Source: Candidatus Multivoradales bacterium
GTDB taxonomy: Bacteria > Acidobacteriota > Thermoanaerobaculia > Multivoradales > JAHEKO01
Direction: 5' to 3'
Assembly: GCA_965248055.1 (NCBI GenBank)
Contig: CBDFIJ010000004.1
Coordinates: 2,048,001 to 2,112,000, forward strand
Length of the DNA stretch: 64,000 bases
A program made the position numbers and the translations under genes. Shown here in pieces: positions 38,441 to 48,138 of the stretch. The stretch's first letter is position 1; every line of letters begins with the position of its first letter. Under the pieces are notes generated by a model, which did no database searches, was not told the DNA's origin, and was given only the letters and a program-made list of their open reading frames with translations.

Positions 38441-40075
38441 GTGCCAAACATGAACCCAACCCGCATTGCTGAATTGGCGGAACTCGAAGATCGCAGCCCA
38501 GCTCATGCGTTGGTCGAAAACGTCGACTTGGTGATTGTCCGGGCGGACGACCAAGTATCGGTGCTCTATGGACGCTGTCTCCATCGGGGCGCGTTGTTGG
38601 CTGATGGCTCGGTTCACGGTGAGGATTTGATTTGCGGAGTTCACGGTTGGGACTTTCGTTGGGACACAGGGGTTTCCGCATACAACCCGAAAGAGGTTTT
38701 GACCAAGTTTCGCTCTTGGGTCGAAGAAGGTGGGGTTTGGGTCGATGCCGAGGAAATTGCCGACTGGGCGAGTGACCACCCACAGCCGTACAACCGGTCC
38801 AGCTATCAAGGTAATTACCAAGAGCATCGGACCGGTACCCCTGCTGAACCGCACGTCAAGGTGATCAGAGAATTGGCGGCCGACGGGCTCTCCAAGGTTG
38901 GTCATCACGGCCCGGTCAAAGCCATGGGTGTGTCGCGAACCGAGTTGCCGACCTGGGATGATTTGCAGTTCGTCACCGCACAGTTGGCCAAACTGCCCTT
39001 GCTCGATGAGGAACCGGTAGAGACAGAGCTGGTGATCGGGCCCCAAGCGAAGAAACCTCTGCGCCTGTCGATTCCGTTGTTTGTCTCGGACATGAGTTTT
39101 GGTGCCTTGTCTTTTGAGGCCAAGGTTGCTCTCGCCAAAGGAGCTGAGAAGGCGGGAACTGGGATTTGCTCCGGCGAGGGCGGCATGCTTCCTGAGGAGC
39201 AGCAGGCTTGCTCTCGTTACTTCTATGAATTGGCATCGGCCCGGTTCGGTTTTTCCTGGGAGCAGTTGGACCGCGTCCAGGCGTTCCACTTCAAAGGTGG
39301 GCAAGGCGCCAAGACCGGTACCGGCGGCCACCTACCCGGTGAAAAGGTGATGGGCAAAATTGCTGAAGTTCGACAGCTTGAGGAAGGGCAACCGGCGATT
39401 TCTCCATCACGGTTTCCAGACTGGGAGAGCTTGGACGATTTCCGTGATTTTGCCGCTGAGGTTCGGCAACGCACTGGAGGCATTCCGATCGGTCACAAGT
39501 TGTCGGCCCAGCACATCGAGAAAGACATCGACGCGGCCCTGGAAATCGGCGTTGACTACATCATCTTGGATGGTCGCGGTGGAGGCACCGGGGCAGCCCC
39601 GACTTTGTTTCGCGACAACATCTCAGTGCCCACTATTCCTGCCTTGGCGCGAGCTCGAAGGCACCTCGACCAATGCCAGAAGAGTGGTGAGGTAACGTTG
39701 ATTACCACCGGTGGTTTGCGCACCCCCGCCGATTTTGCCAAGGCCATGGCGCTCGGCGCCGATGGCGTTACGGTCTCGAATGCTGCACTGCAAGCAATCG
39801 GTTGTTTGGGTATGCGCGCTTGCCACACCAACAACTGCCCGGTCGGCATCGCGACACAGAAGCCCCATCTGCGGGAGCGACTGCCGGTCGACGAGGCCGC
39901 CGATCGCTTGGCTCGCTTCTTCGGCGCTTCGGCAGAGTTGATGAAGGTACTGGCGCGGGCCTGTGGTCATCGCCACCTGAATCAGTTCACTCTTTCCGAC
40001 CTGACCACCTTCCATCGAGACATGGCTGACTTGACCGGTGTCGAGTACGGTGGCTTCCGGCCAATTTCCCGGTGA
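38441..40075 (+). CDS. Rieske 2Fe-2S domain fused to FMN-binding glutamate-synthase-family domain
   Basis: CLHRG...CGVHG; DMSFGALS, SGEGG, KGGQGAK, DGRGGGTG and CLGMRACHTNNCPVG. Confidence 0.9.
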   Translation: MPNMNPTRIAELAELEDRSPAHALVENVDLVIVRADDQVSVLYGRCLHRGALLADGSVHGEDLICGVHGWDFRWDTGVSAYNPKEVLTKFRSWVEEGGVWVDAEEIADWASDHPQPYNRSSYQGNYQEHRTGTPAEPHVKVIRELAADGLSKVGHHGPVKAMGVSRTELPTWDDLQFVTAQLAKLPLLDEEPVETELVIGPQAKKPLRLSIPLFVSDMSFGALSFEAKVALAKGAEKAGTGICSGEGGMLPEEQQACSRYFYELASARFGFSWEQLDRVQAFHFKGGQGAKTGTGGHLPGEKVMGKIAEVRQLEEGQPAISPSRFPDWESLDDFRDFAAEVRQRTGGIPIGHKLSAQHIEKDIDAALEIGVDYIILDGRGGGTGAAPTLFRDNISVPTIPALARARRHLDQCQKSGEVTLITTGGLRTPADFAKAMALGADGVTVSNAALQAIGCLGMRACHTNNCPVGIATQKPHLRERLPVDEAADRLARFFGASAELMKVLARACGHRHLNQFTLSDLTTFHRDMADLTGVEYGGFRPISR

Positions 40076-40593
40076 CAGAAATTGCTTCATTCCAGTTTCG
40101 CTCTTGGGTTCGCCGCTCTTGCCGAAAGGCGGGTTGGTGGACCGCGGTGACAGTGGCACTGCTGGGCGCAGTAGTGGTGTGGCAGGGAGGGCTCAGTGGC
40201 GCCCCTTTGGCTCGGGCGCTCGGGGTCTTGGCAGCCTACGGGGTGTTGTTCCTGGCCTCCTTGATCAAGATCTGGTGGACCGCTGGAGGTCCTAGTGCTG
40301 GCTGGAATGAGGAAGGTCTGTGGTTTCAAGCGCTGCACAAATTCCGTCCTACGCGAGTGTTTTGGGAATCAATCCTGGCGGGCGGCAAGAAACAGGGCAC
40401 TAACTCCTATCGTTTGGTCGAGCAGCGCCGGGGTGAAGCGCGCGAACGGTTCCTGAATCTGGCGGTAATTCAGAGCCACCATCGGTTCGTCGACGGCTTG
40501 GAATCTCGCTTTGCTGATCTTGGGTTTGAGCCCAGCGCTGTTGGATGGGCACGCCCCGGATGGGATCTCGAAGACGACCACATCCCCACTTAA
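40072..40593 (+). CDS. Hypothetical membrane protein
   Basis: Two TM helices then a soluble domain; GTGA overlap with the upstream gene. Confidence 0.65.
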   Translation: MTEIASFQFRSWVRRSCRKAGWWTAVTVALLGAVVVWQGGLSGAPLARALGVLAAYGVLFLASLIKIWWTAGGPSAGWNEEGLWFQALHKFRPTRVFWESILAGGKKQGTNSYRLVEQRRGEARERFLNLAVIQSHHRFVDGLESRFADLGFEPSAVGWARPGWDLEDDHIPT

Positions 40594-40626
40594 ATTGCAG
40601 AACTTGGATCGACTCGGACTACCGAA

Positions 40627-41340
40627 TCACCTTTCGACTTGATCCGACCCGAGGCTGCTGCGCATTGCACCGGGGTCGTCGGTAAAGACACCGGAGAAGC
40701 CGTCGGCTTTGAGTTGCTGGACGGTGTCGAGCGCCGTTGACGGTATGGAGAAACTTGGGCAGCGAAACTTCCGCCAAATGGGAATCCTGGGCCAGTCGAT
40801 GATGGCTGTGGACACTGACTGCGTCGAGTTCACGAGACAAATCGCCGAGACCGGCAGTGTGGTGCCGTACCAAAGGAGTCTCAGATACTCCAGCTGCGCG
40901 TTTGCCCGTCGAGCGCAAGACCTGCCAATCGGAACTAGAGGCAACAACATGACTTAGATTGAAGATCAGCGGAACCAGAGCTGCTGCTGCTCTGCCTTGA
41001 CCCGCTAGCCGGTGTTTGATCTCCAGGTTGAGTGGCTGGGTGGCCGGAATGAGCTCCAATATTCGACTCAAGGTGGGAAGACTGGCCTCGCCCTCTCGTA
41101 GTCAGAGACAGTGGGTTTTCCCACCACCATACCCTCGGGCGTCCACCAATCGTGGCACGCAACCCACTGATCATCGGCGGTCAACTGCAAACCCAACTCG
41201 ATCATGTCTACCCAGCGCCGCGGCACCGCGATGGCCAATGATCCAGAAATTAGCACCCGGGTTAACGTGCATCGTCGGCTGCGAACCCTATCGAATTGCG
41301 AATCGTCCGTCTCGACGACAAGCCTCTTTGGGCCAATCAG
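40627..41340 (-). pseudogene. Glycerophosphodiester phosphodiesterase, fragmented
   Basis: GDPD motifs in different frames: LAQRG (HRG-like), DMIELGLQLTADDQWVACHD, LNLEIK and GFSGVFTDDP. Confidence 0.72.
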
Positions 41341-41380
41341 AGCGATCGAGGTTTAGAATCACTAGGCGGCGGATTCCAAC

Positions 41381-42448
41381 TTGACCAACGTGCCTGACTC
41401 ATCGTCCACCTTGCTACCGATCCACGATCGTTTGCAAATTCCGGGGTTTTCGATCGGCCATGAGCAGGACACGGTTGGCAAGACCGGGGTTTCAGTGATT
41501 TTGTCTCCACAGGGAGCGGTGGGCGCGGCTGAGGTACAGGGAACTGCGACCGGCACCCGGCAGTTCGATTCGCTGGTCGACCCGGGACACATCGCCAGTC
41601 GGGTCCACGGCTTGGTGTTCGCGGGTGGCAGCGGCTTCGGATTGGGCGCCGCAGATGGCGTGGTTTCTTTCTTGGAGTCGCGATCAGCAGGGTTTGATAC
41701 CGGCGTCCGCAGGGTCCCCCTGGTACCGACGGCAATTTTGTTTGACTTGGCTTTCGGCGACGCTCAGGTAGCGCCTACCGCTGGAATGGCTCAGCAAGCT
41801 GCGGAAAACGCCAGCGACGGACAGCAGGCGATGGGATCGATCGGGGCGGGTACCGGAGCCACGGTGGGCAAAGCCAACGGACCGGCCTGTGCGATGAAGG
41901 GTGGTATCGGTTTCGCGGCTTGCGAAATCCCCGGGGGTGCCCAGGTTGCAGTTCTGGTCGTGGTCAATTCCTTGGGAGATGTCGTGGATCCGTCCAACGG
42001 AGAGCCGGTCGCTGGCTGCCGTATCTCACCGGACAGCCGACAGCGAGATAGCGCCCGTCGGCTATTGCTCAATCCGCCTCCAGAACACGCCTGGGATGGC
42101 AATACCACCCTAGTGGCGGTGCTCACCGATGCGGGGTTGTCGCGGGTGGCTTTGCAGAAGGTCTGCACCATGGCCTTTGGCGGCGTGTCCCGAGCCATTG
42201 ACCCAGCCTTGACCCAGTACGATGGTGACTTGGTGGTGGCACTGTCGATGGGAGAACGCTCTGCTCACCCGCATCAAGTGGGCGTCGCGGCGCAGATTCT
42301 GGTCGCAGAGGCAATTGTCAGGGCGGTGGTTGAGGCCGACGGCTTTGGCTTGCTGCCCAACACTAGGGCCAGCATCAAGTCGGCTGCCATGCCCGGTGCG
42401 ACGACCGGCAGGACGACCAGCACGGCGGCGAGCAAAGACCGACCATGA
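41381..42448 (+). CDS. P1/S58 family peptidase (DmpA-like)
   Basis: GGSGFGL, GSIGAGTGATVGK, KGGIG, GNTT autoprocessing site and DGD. Confidence 0.9.
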   Translation: MTNVPDSSSTLLPIHDRLQIPGFSIGHEQDTVGKTGVSVILSPQGAVGAAEVQGTATGTRQFDSLVDPGHIASRVHGLVFAGGSGFGLGAADGVVSFLESRSAGFDTGVRRVPLVPTAILFDLAFGDAQVAPTAGMAQQAAENASDGQQAMGSIGAGTGATVGKANGPACAMKGGIGFAACEIPGGAQVAVLVVVNSLGDVVDPSNGEPVAGCRISPDSRQRDSARRLLLNPPPEHAWDGNTTLVAVLTDAGLSRVALQKVCTMAFGGVSRAIDPALTQYDGDLVVALSMGERSAHPHQVGVAAQILVAEAIVRAVVEADGFGLLPNTRASIKSAAMPGATTGRTTSTAASKDRP

Positions 42449-44055
42449 ATTGGCAATGGACAAAACCTCCGGTGCTCGCGGCCCTGACTGCCGGCGCGTT
42501 GGTCGTATTGGTCGGGGTCTGCTTGTGGAATTGGCGAGAGAGCTTCGCTTGGTGGACGATCGTTTGGTGGCTATTCGCCTTGGTCATGATTCAAAGATCT
42601 CGTGTGGAGCTGGGAGCGGTGGCGATCAGCCCGGCGATCTTGCTGCAACCGACCGTCGGTTTACCCCTGGTGGTTTTGGCCAGTGCGACTTCGATGGCTC
42701 TGGCTCGCCGACCTGCTTGGGTAACTCCCCCTGAATCCACGAAGAACCCGAACCGGCTCGAAATGGTAATCCCCAGATTACTTGCCGCATTGCCCGTGAT
42801 GCTGGCGATGCTTGTCGGCGGAATGGCCTGGGCTCGGCTGGCGAGAGAAGGCAAGTGGTTGCTTGCGATCACGGTCGCGACAGTGCTTTCGTGGGCGGTG
42901 GGCCGAGGCGCCGAGATTCTTGTTGGGCGAAGCCACGTGCTGCACTCGGGAGAGTGGGTGCGGCTCCTTTGGTGGCTGGCCGCTTGGGCCACGGGAGCTG
43001 TATTGGTGCAGGCGGCCACCGTGAACAGGGTCTGGCTTGCGGTCGGGTTGGTGGCAATCGTGGCTGTTCACCGCGAGGCTACCTGGAGTGAGAATCTTTC
43101 CCCCGACACCATCCGGCGTACCGCCGAGGTTCCGATCTGGGTGGAAGAGGTCTACGGGCTGGTCTTGGAAGCTACCGGATGCTCTTGGTTCGAATTGCGC
43201 ATGGTGGTCAACGGAGCGGCCGAGAGATGGTCTGCGGGGCCCAAGAAAGAACTGATCCCTGGCCCAGCCCAACCTCCTGCTCGGCCGCCGGTTCGATTCG
43301 GCATCCACCGGCGTCCGCGTTGGCTGGCCGAGAGAAAAGGATTCGACAGTGGAGCTAGCGAGGCGGAAGTGTTGCTTTGGCTCGACCCGCGGCAGTTTCG
43401 TCCGGGCGCTCTCGACAGCCGACTGATGGACGAGATCGAGCGGGCGGTGGCTGCCGGGCGGTTCCGCAGCGCAGCCGACCGCTTGCCTGGGGGGCGATTG
43501 GTCGATCGCCAGCAGGTCTTGGAGCTATTGAACGGAGCCTTTGCCAGCGCTCGCGACCAAGGCAGCTCGGTGGCGGTGGCATTGGTCGGTCTAGATCACG
43601 CCAAGGAGATTCAAGAGATTCACGGCACCGAAGCAGGGGAGCAGGCGGTGGCAAAGATCGGCGACGTGTTCACCGAGTTGCTTGGCAACCAAGATGCGGT
43701 TTGTCGCTACGGCGGCGAAGAGTTCTTGCTGTTATTGCTGGGACGGGACGGGGGCTCGGCAGTGGTGCTGAGTGATCAGATTCGGAGCGGAGTTCAAGAA
43801 TGCCAATTGCAGGTCGATGGCGAGCCGATTCCTCTCACCGCCAGCGTCGGCATTGCTGCCTACCCTGAGGTCTACGTAGCCAAAGCCTCGGAGCTCATAC
43901 CGATGGCGGACTCGGCGCTTTATGAAGCCCGTCGTGGTGGCAAGAGTGGATCGCTGCTGGCCACCGGACGTGGCCAGTTTCGAGATCTCGAAGGCGACAT
44001 CGTCGAAGGCAGTGCAGAGAGCGATGAAGTTGCCGCGCCACGCTTGTTTGTTTGA
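42445..44055 (+). CDS. Membrane-bound GGDEF-domain protein
   Basis: N-terminal TM helices; RYGGEEF, TASVG and ADSALYEAR. Confidence 0.85.
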   Translation: MNWQWTKPPVLAALTAGALVVLVGVCLWNWRESFAWWTIVWWLFALVMIQRSRVELGAVAISPAILLQPTVGLPLVVLASATSMALARRPAWVTPPESTKNPNRLEMVIPRLLAALPVMLAMLVGGMAWARLAREGKWLLAITVATVLSWAVGRGAEILVGRSHVLHSGEWVRLLWWLAAWATGAVLVQAATVNRVWLAVGLVAIVAVHREATWSENLSPDTIRRTAEVPIWVEEVYGLVLEATGCSWFELRMVVNGAAERWSAGPKKELIPGPAQPPARPPVRFGIHRRPRWLAERKGFDSGASEAEVLLWLDPRQFRPGALDSRLMDEIERAVAAGRFRSAADRLPGGRLVDRQQVLELLNGAFASARDQGSSVAVALVGLDHAKEIQEIHGTEAGEQAVAKIGDVFTELLGNQDAVCRYGGEEFLLLLLGRDGGSAVVLSDQIRSGVQECQLQVDGEPIPLTASVGIAAYPEVYVAKASELIPMADSALYEARRGGKSGSLLATGRGQFRDLEGDIVEGSAESDEVAAPRLFV

Positions 44056-44060
44056 ATCGC

Positions 44061-45077
44061 TTAGCAGTCCAACAGAGCCTCAGGCAGGTCACGTAGGTTT
44101 AGTTTTTCGACGGGCATAAGCCCTTTGGTCTTCACTAATTTGGCGCGGTGAAGAAAATTACCTAGAGACGCAACGGGTTCGAGCTGTCGAAGGTTCAATG
44201 TAACCAGCGTAGCTCGCGGGATCGCTACCGAGAGGACGCATATGTTCGCGAGGTGTCCTGTCTGAGGGTCTAAGCGTCTGTCTTCTACATGTACAAGGGC
44301 GATCTCGATGGGAAGAAGGGCGAAGAGATCTTGTGCGACACGAAGGACGGCGCTGCAGATATGATTTTGATAGAGACGATAGAAGCTGCCTTTTGGCATA
44401 GCTTTGACGGAGAGTTTCCCACTTTTTAGTAGTGTTTTTTGGCTTGCAGGAAGTTCGGATTCACTTCTGCCCAGAATCGTAGCCTCCACGACGTCAGGCA
44501 CTTCTACCCGGAAATCGAAATGGGAAGCGACTGAGGGAAGCTTTGTAAAAGAACCTAAGTCGCGAATCACGTCCAAATAGGCCTGTAGGTTCTCTCTTGC
44601 ACATACCTCTGCAGCCAACTTTGTAGTTCTTTCCCACTCCAGGTGCGCCTTATCGTAGGAACCGATTGCCGCTAGGTTCTCTTTCTCGTCCTCCAGTCTG
44701 CAGTGTTCCCAGTGTTCCTCCAGTCTTTTCCTCGCTGTTTCCTCCCGGCGGAAGAGTCTGTCTATAGGTGACGATGAATAGGAGTCGATTTTTGACTGAG
44801 CTTCTATTTGTCGAGATGTCGTTTTGGTTGGTGGTTGGGGCGCGGGCTTGCTCTTGAGTATTTCCCAGTCGATAGATCTCACGCATTGAGTATGTAGCGT
44901 TCTTAGGCCGACAATTTCTTCTTCGAAGGCTTCAACCTCTGCTTCGGCTTGTAGATATTCAGCATTTTTTTGTCTCGTCGCTTCTTTTTTGTCTCGTGCC
45001 CTGCTTGCTTGATCAGATGCGCGCTGAGCCGCACGGTACGCAGATCGCACTTTGCGAACGTCACCTTTCCACCCCAT
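44061..45077 (-). CDS. Hypothetical protein with N-terminal coiled coil
   Basis: 338-aa AT-richer ORF; C-terminal LYQNHICSAVLR...DPQTG...LSV pattern. Confidence 0.7.
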   Translation of the reverse strand: MGWKGDVRKVRSAYRAAQRASDQASRARDKKEATRQKNAEYLQAEAEVEAFEEEIVGLRTLHTQCVRSIDWEILKSKPAPQPPTKTTSRQIEAQSKIDSYSSSPIDRLFRREETARKRLEEHWEHCRLEDEKENLAAIGSYDKAHLEWERTTKLAAEVCARENLQAYLDVIRDLGSFTKLPSVASHFDFRVEVPDVVEATILGRSESELPASQKTLLKSGKLSVKAMPKGSFYRLYQNHICSAVLRVAQDLFALLPIEIALVHVEDRRLDPQTGHLANICVLSVAIPRATLVTLNLRQLEPVASLGNFLHRAKLVKTKGLMPVEKLNLRDLPEALLDC

Positions 45078-45164
45078 TGGATCCTCCCTTTTCTGTCAAG
45101 CGTACTTTATGACAAAGAACTGCTGGGTGTTACCAGTAGTTCAGGGTAGAAGTGGACGGGAGAC

Positions 45165-45686
45165 TTAGTGCAGTTGGGGGAATTTGGCTGGCCAAAGAGC
45201 GCCGTCCAAGATCACCGTGTGAAAGGCGAACAGCCCCATGCCGATAACCGCCAGTAAGTAACTCAAGCTTGACCCAGACTGGCTGTACCAGATCGTCAAG
45301 AGTAGCCACAGACTGCCCAAGGCCACCAAGCCCAACACCACCCGAATCAACCACCAACCCCCAAAACTGGGGTCGCTGGCGTAGAGTAAGGTGGCGGGCA
45401 GCCAGATTGCCGAGGGAATCAAGATCAACAGTAGGCTGAGGTGAATCGCCTGCCAAGTGCCGGTGGAAAATGAACTCTCGGTCCGCTGCACGTAGGCCAC
45501 CATAGCCAGGTAGCCAAGAGCGGCGGCAAGCATCGAGACACCGTACACCGGCCGCCAAGACGTCGGCACACCGCTCCACATCTGTGGCATCTCCGCTCAG
45601 TGGGTGAGAAATCCCCAGAAATAACTGCCAAGTACCGCAACTCCACCGGCCACATTGAGCATCCAGAAGATCGTACGCTGGCTCAC
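45165..45686 (-). pseudogene. Membrane protein gene with an in-frame TGA at 45597-45599
   Basis: GTG at 45686 reads MSQRTIFWMLNVAGGVAVLGSYFWGFLTH*AEMPQMWSGVP..., in frame with ORF 45165-45590. Confidence 0.6.
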
Positions 45687-45745
45687 TGTCGCGCAGTGTA
45701 GTCGCAGTACCGTATGGTCGTCACTGTGCGGTCGTCGAAACTGTT

Positions 45746-46654
45746 CTAGACCAAAGGCGACAAGGCGCATGGGGCCAGCTCCGCCTGCGGTCGTCCCAAT
45801 CGCAGTCCCACGGTGCTGTTCTCTAGCATCTCCGCCGGAGCCTCAGAGTCGGCCAGCCCCAGCCATTCGGCTCGATTCTTTGCCGTTGCTTCGCCGATCC
45901 AGGACACAGCCTGATCGGCGACCAGCAGATCCAAGTGATCGAAGGGCAGAAACCAGACCGACGACGGATCGTCCAAGTGGCAGCGATCGCTGGCCTGCTG
46001 ACCCAACTCGGCGACCTGTTGGTGGAGAATCGGTGTCGCCGACAGCCAAGCGTCGCGGAAAGCGCCGCGCGGAGGGTCGATCTTGATCTGCGCCTCCATG
46101 GACGAAGACCAAAAGCAGGGTTCGGCACCCACGTCAGAAGACGGCAGAAGCGAACTTTCTACCCAATGTTGGGTTTCCGGACTGGAACAGGCCTCGATGG
46201 GCTGCCCATCGGCCCTTGCCATTCGGCGTCTATGCACGGCGCCTAGATCTTGAATTAAGGCGTCGCCGAAAACTGGAACCCAAGAGGTCAGGTTTGCGCG
46301 CAGTTGTTGCCACGAATCAGAGGATTCGTTAGCAGCGATTAACGCCGGTGGCTCGGAGCTACGCAAGTGCATCCGCTGGCGATGGAACCACAGCGCAGAA
46401 ACGGTTCTGCGATTCAAAGATGTTCGATCATCGGATCCAGGACGCAAGACCAAGTCGTCCAGTGGGTCGTGGAGATTGCCCTGAAAATAGGGTCGCAGGT
46501 GGACGAAACGGATCGGATCTGAGTCCGGAACGGGGCACCCCAGGTGATAGCGCGCGTAGCGCCAGGCCGAATGAAAGCCGTGACGAAATATGGTGCACCC
46601 GAGATGGGTGAAGGGTGGCAGCGCTCCGGGGAAGAAGAACGCGCGGCTGAGCAA
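45746..46654 (-). CDS. Hypothetical protein
   Basis: 302-aa ORF directly downstream of trkH on the same strand. Confidence 0.55.
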   Translation of the reverse strand: MLSRAFFFPGALPPFTHLGCTIFRHGFHSAWRYARYHLGCPVPDSDPIRFVHLRPYFQGNLHDPLDDLVLRPGSDDRTSLNRRTVSALWFHRQRMHLRSSEPPALIAANESSDSWQQLRANLTSWVPVFGDALIQDLGAVHRRRMARADGQPIEACSSPETQHWVESSLLPSSDVGAEPCFWSSSMEAQIKIDPPRGAFRDAWLSATPILHQQVAELGQQASDRCHLDDPSSVWFLPFDHLDLLVADQAVSWIGEATAKNRAEWLGLADSEAPAEMLENSTVGLRLGRPQAELAPCALSPLV

Positions 46655-46683
46655 GAGAGATCCCTATCCAGGTAGCCCAGCGT

Positions 46684-48138
46684 CTAACGACGCCAGAACA
46701 TCGGCGTAACCAGCGCCGCGAACGAGTAGAGTTCCAAGCGACCCATCCACATCAAGACCACCATCAGCAACTTGTGAGCGTCGCTAAAGAAAGCGAAATT
46801 GTCGGTGGGTCCGACTTGCCCCAACCCCGGGCCAATATTGCCTAAGGTTGCCGCCGCAGCAGTTGCCGCTGTGACGATGTCGGGACTGCCGATCGAGAGC
46901 AATACCGAGCCGATGCCCCAACTGGACAAGTAGAGAATAAAGAAACCGACCACCGCCTTGGCCACCGAGTCCGGCACCGCCTTGCCACCGACAAAGACGC
47001 TAAAGATGGTGCTGGGAGAGAAGATCTGTTTGACCTCGCGGAAGGCGGTCTTGACACCGATCACCATGCGCATGATCTTCATCGACCCCGAGGTCGACCC
47101 GGCGCAGCCACCGACGAACATCAGAACCACTAGCAGCAAGGTCGAGAAGGTTGGCCAAGCCTCGAAATCGGCGGTGCCGAATCCGGTAGTAGTAGTGATC
47201 GAGACCAACTGGAACACCGAATCAAGAATTGCTCGTAATGGCGAACTATAGGTTCCATGAAATAGAAGATCGGTTGTCACTGCGATTACGCCACCAGCCA
47301 GGATGCCCAAATAGACGCGAAATTCCGTGTCGCGAAAAAAGACCTTCAACCGCTCGCGGGGAACTGCAAGAAACAAAGAAAAATTGGTTCCGGCGACGAT
47401 CATGAAAAGGATGATGATCAACTCCACGGCCACCGAATCAAAGGCTGCCACCGATTCAGCCCGCGGAGAAAAACCCCCGGTGGACAAGGTTGAGAAGGTG
47501 TGAGTCAGGGCGTCATAGAGATTCATCCCTGCCAGCATCAGCAACACCGTTTCGAGTGCGGTGAATCCCAGGTAAACTTTCCACAGCACGGCGGCGGTTT
47601 CGCTGATCCGAGGACCGACAGTCTCTGCCTTGGGTCCGGGTACTTCCAGGCGATACAAGAAGCGCGCGCCGGGGCCCAACTGCGGTAGCAGCGCGACGAA
47701 AAGAACCACAATCCCCATGCCTCCCAGCCATTGAGTGAAACTGCGCCAAAAAAGAATTGCCCGATCGGCGGCTTCAATGTCGATCAAGATGGTGGCCCCG
47801 GTGGTGGAAAAACCGGAAGCAGATTCAAACACCGCGTCGGCGACCGAGTGAACGGTTCCAGCGATCAGAAAGGGTAGGGCGCCAAACAAAGAAGCGAGTA
47901 CCCAGCCACCGACCACGATCAGGATTCCCTCGCGTCGAAAAAGCTCGGCGTCGCGCTGGGGGCGAATCGCGAAAGCGAGCAAGGCGCCGACTACTCCGGT
48001 GACGATTGCGGAAATGGAAAAAGCGTTGATCGATTGAGGTTCACCGTAGATCGCGGCTACCGCCAACGGCGCCAACTGTGCGACCGCTAGCAGCAGTACC
48101 AAGCGACCGAGAATACGAAGCGCTGAGCGATAACTCAC
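46684..48138 (-). CDS. trkH: Trk potassium uptake membrane protein
   Basis: FESASGFSTTG, QWLGGMG, STGGFS, TTTGF, GGCAGST, GNIGPG and GRLE. Confidence 0.96.
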   Translation of the reverse strand: MSYRSALRILGRLVLLLAVAQLAPLAVAAIYGEPQSINAFSISAIVTGVVGALLAFAIRPQRDAELFRREGILIVVGGWVLASLFGALPFLIAGTVHSVADAVFESASGFSTTGATILIDIEAADRAILFWRSFTQWLGGMGIVVLFVALLPQLGPGARFLYRLEVPGPKAETVGPRISETAAVLWKVYLGFTALETVLLMLAGMNLYDALTHTFSTLSTGGFSPRAESVAAFDSVAVELIIILFMIVAGTNFSLFLAVPRERLKVFFRDTEFRVYLGILAGGVIAVTTDLLFHGTYSSPLRAILDSVFQLVSITTTTGFGTADFEAWPTFSTLLLVVLMFVGGCAGSTSGSMKIMRMVIGVKTAFREVKQIFSPSTIFSVFVGGKAVPDSVAKAVVGFFILYLSSWGIGSVLLSIGSPDIVTAATAAAATLGNIGPGLGQVGPTDNFAFFSDAHKLLMVVLMWMGRLELYSFAALVTPMFWRR

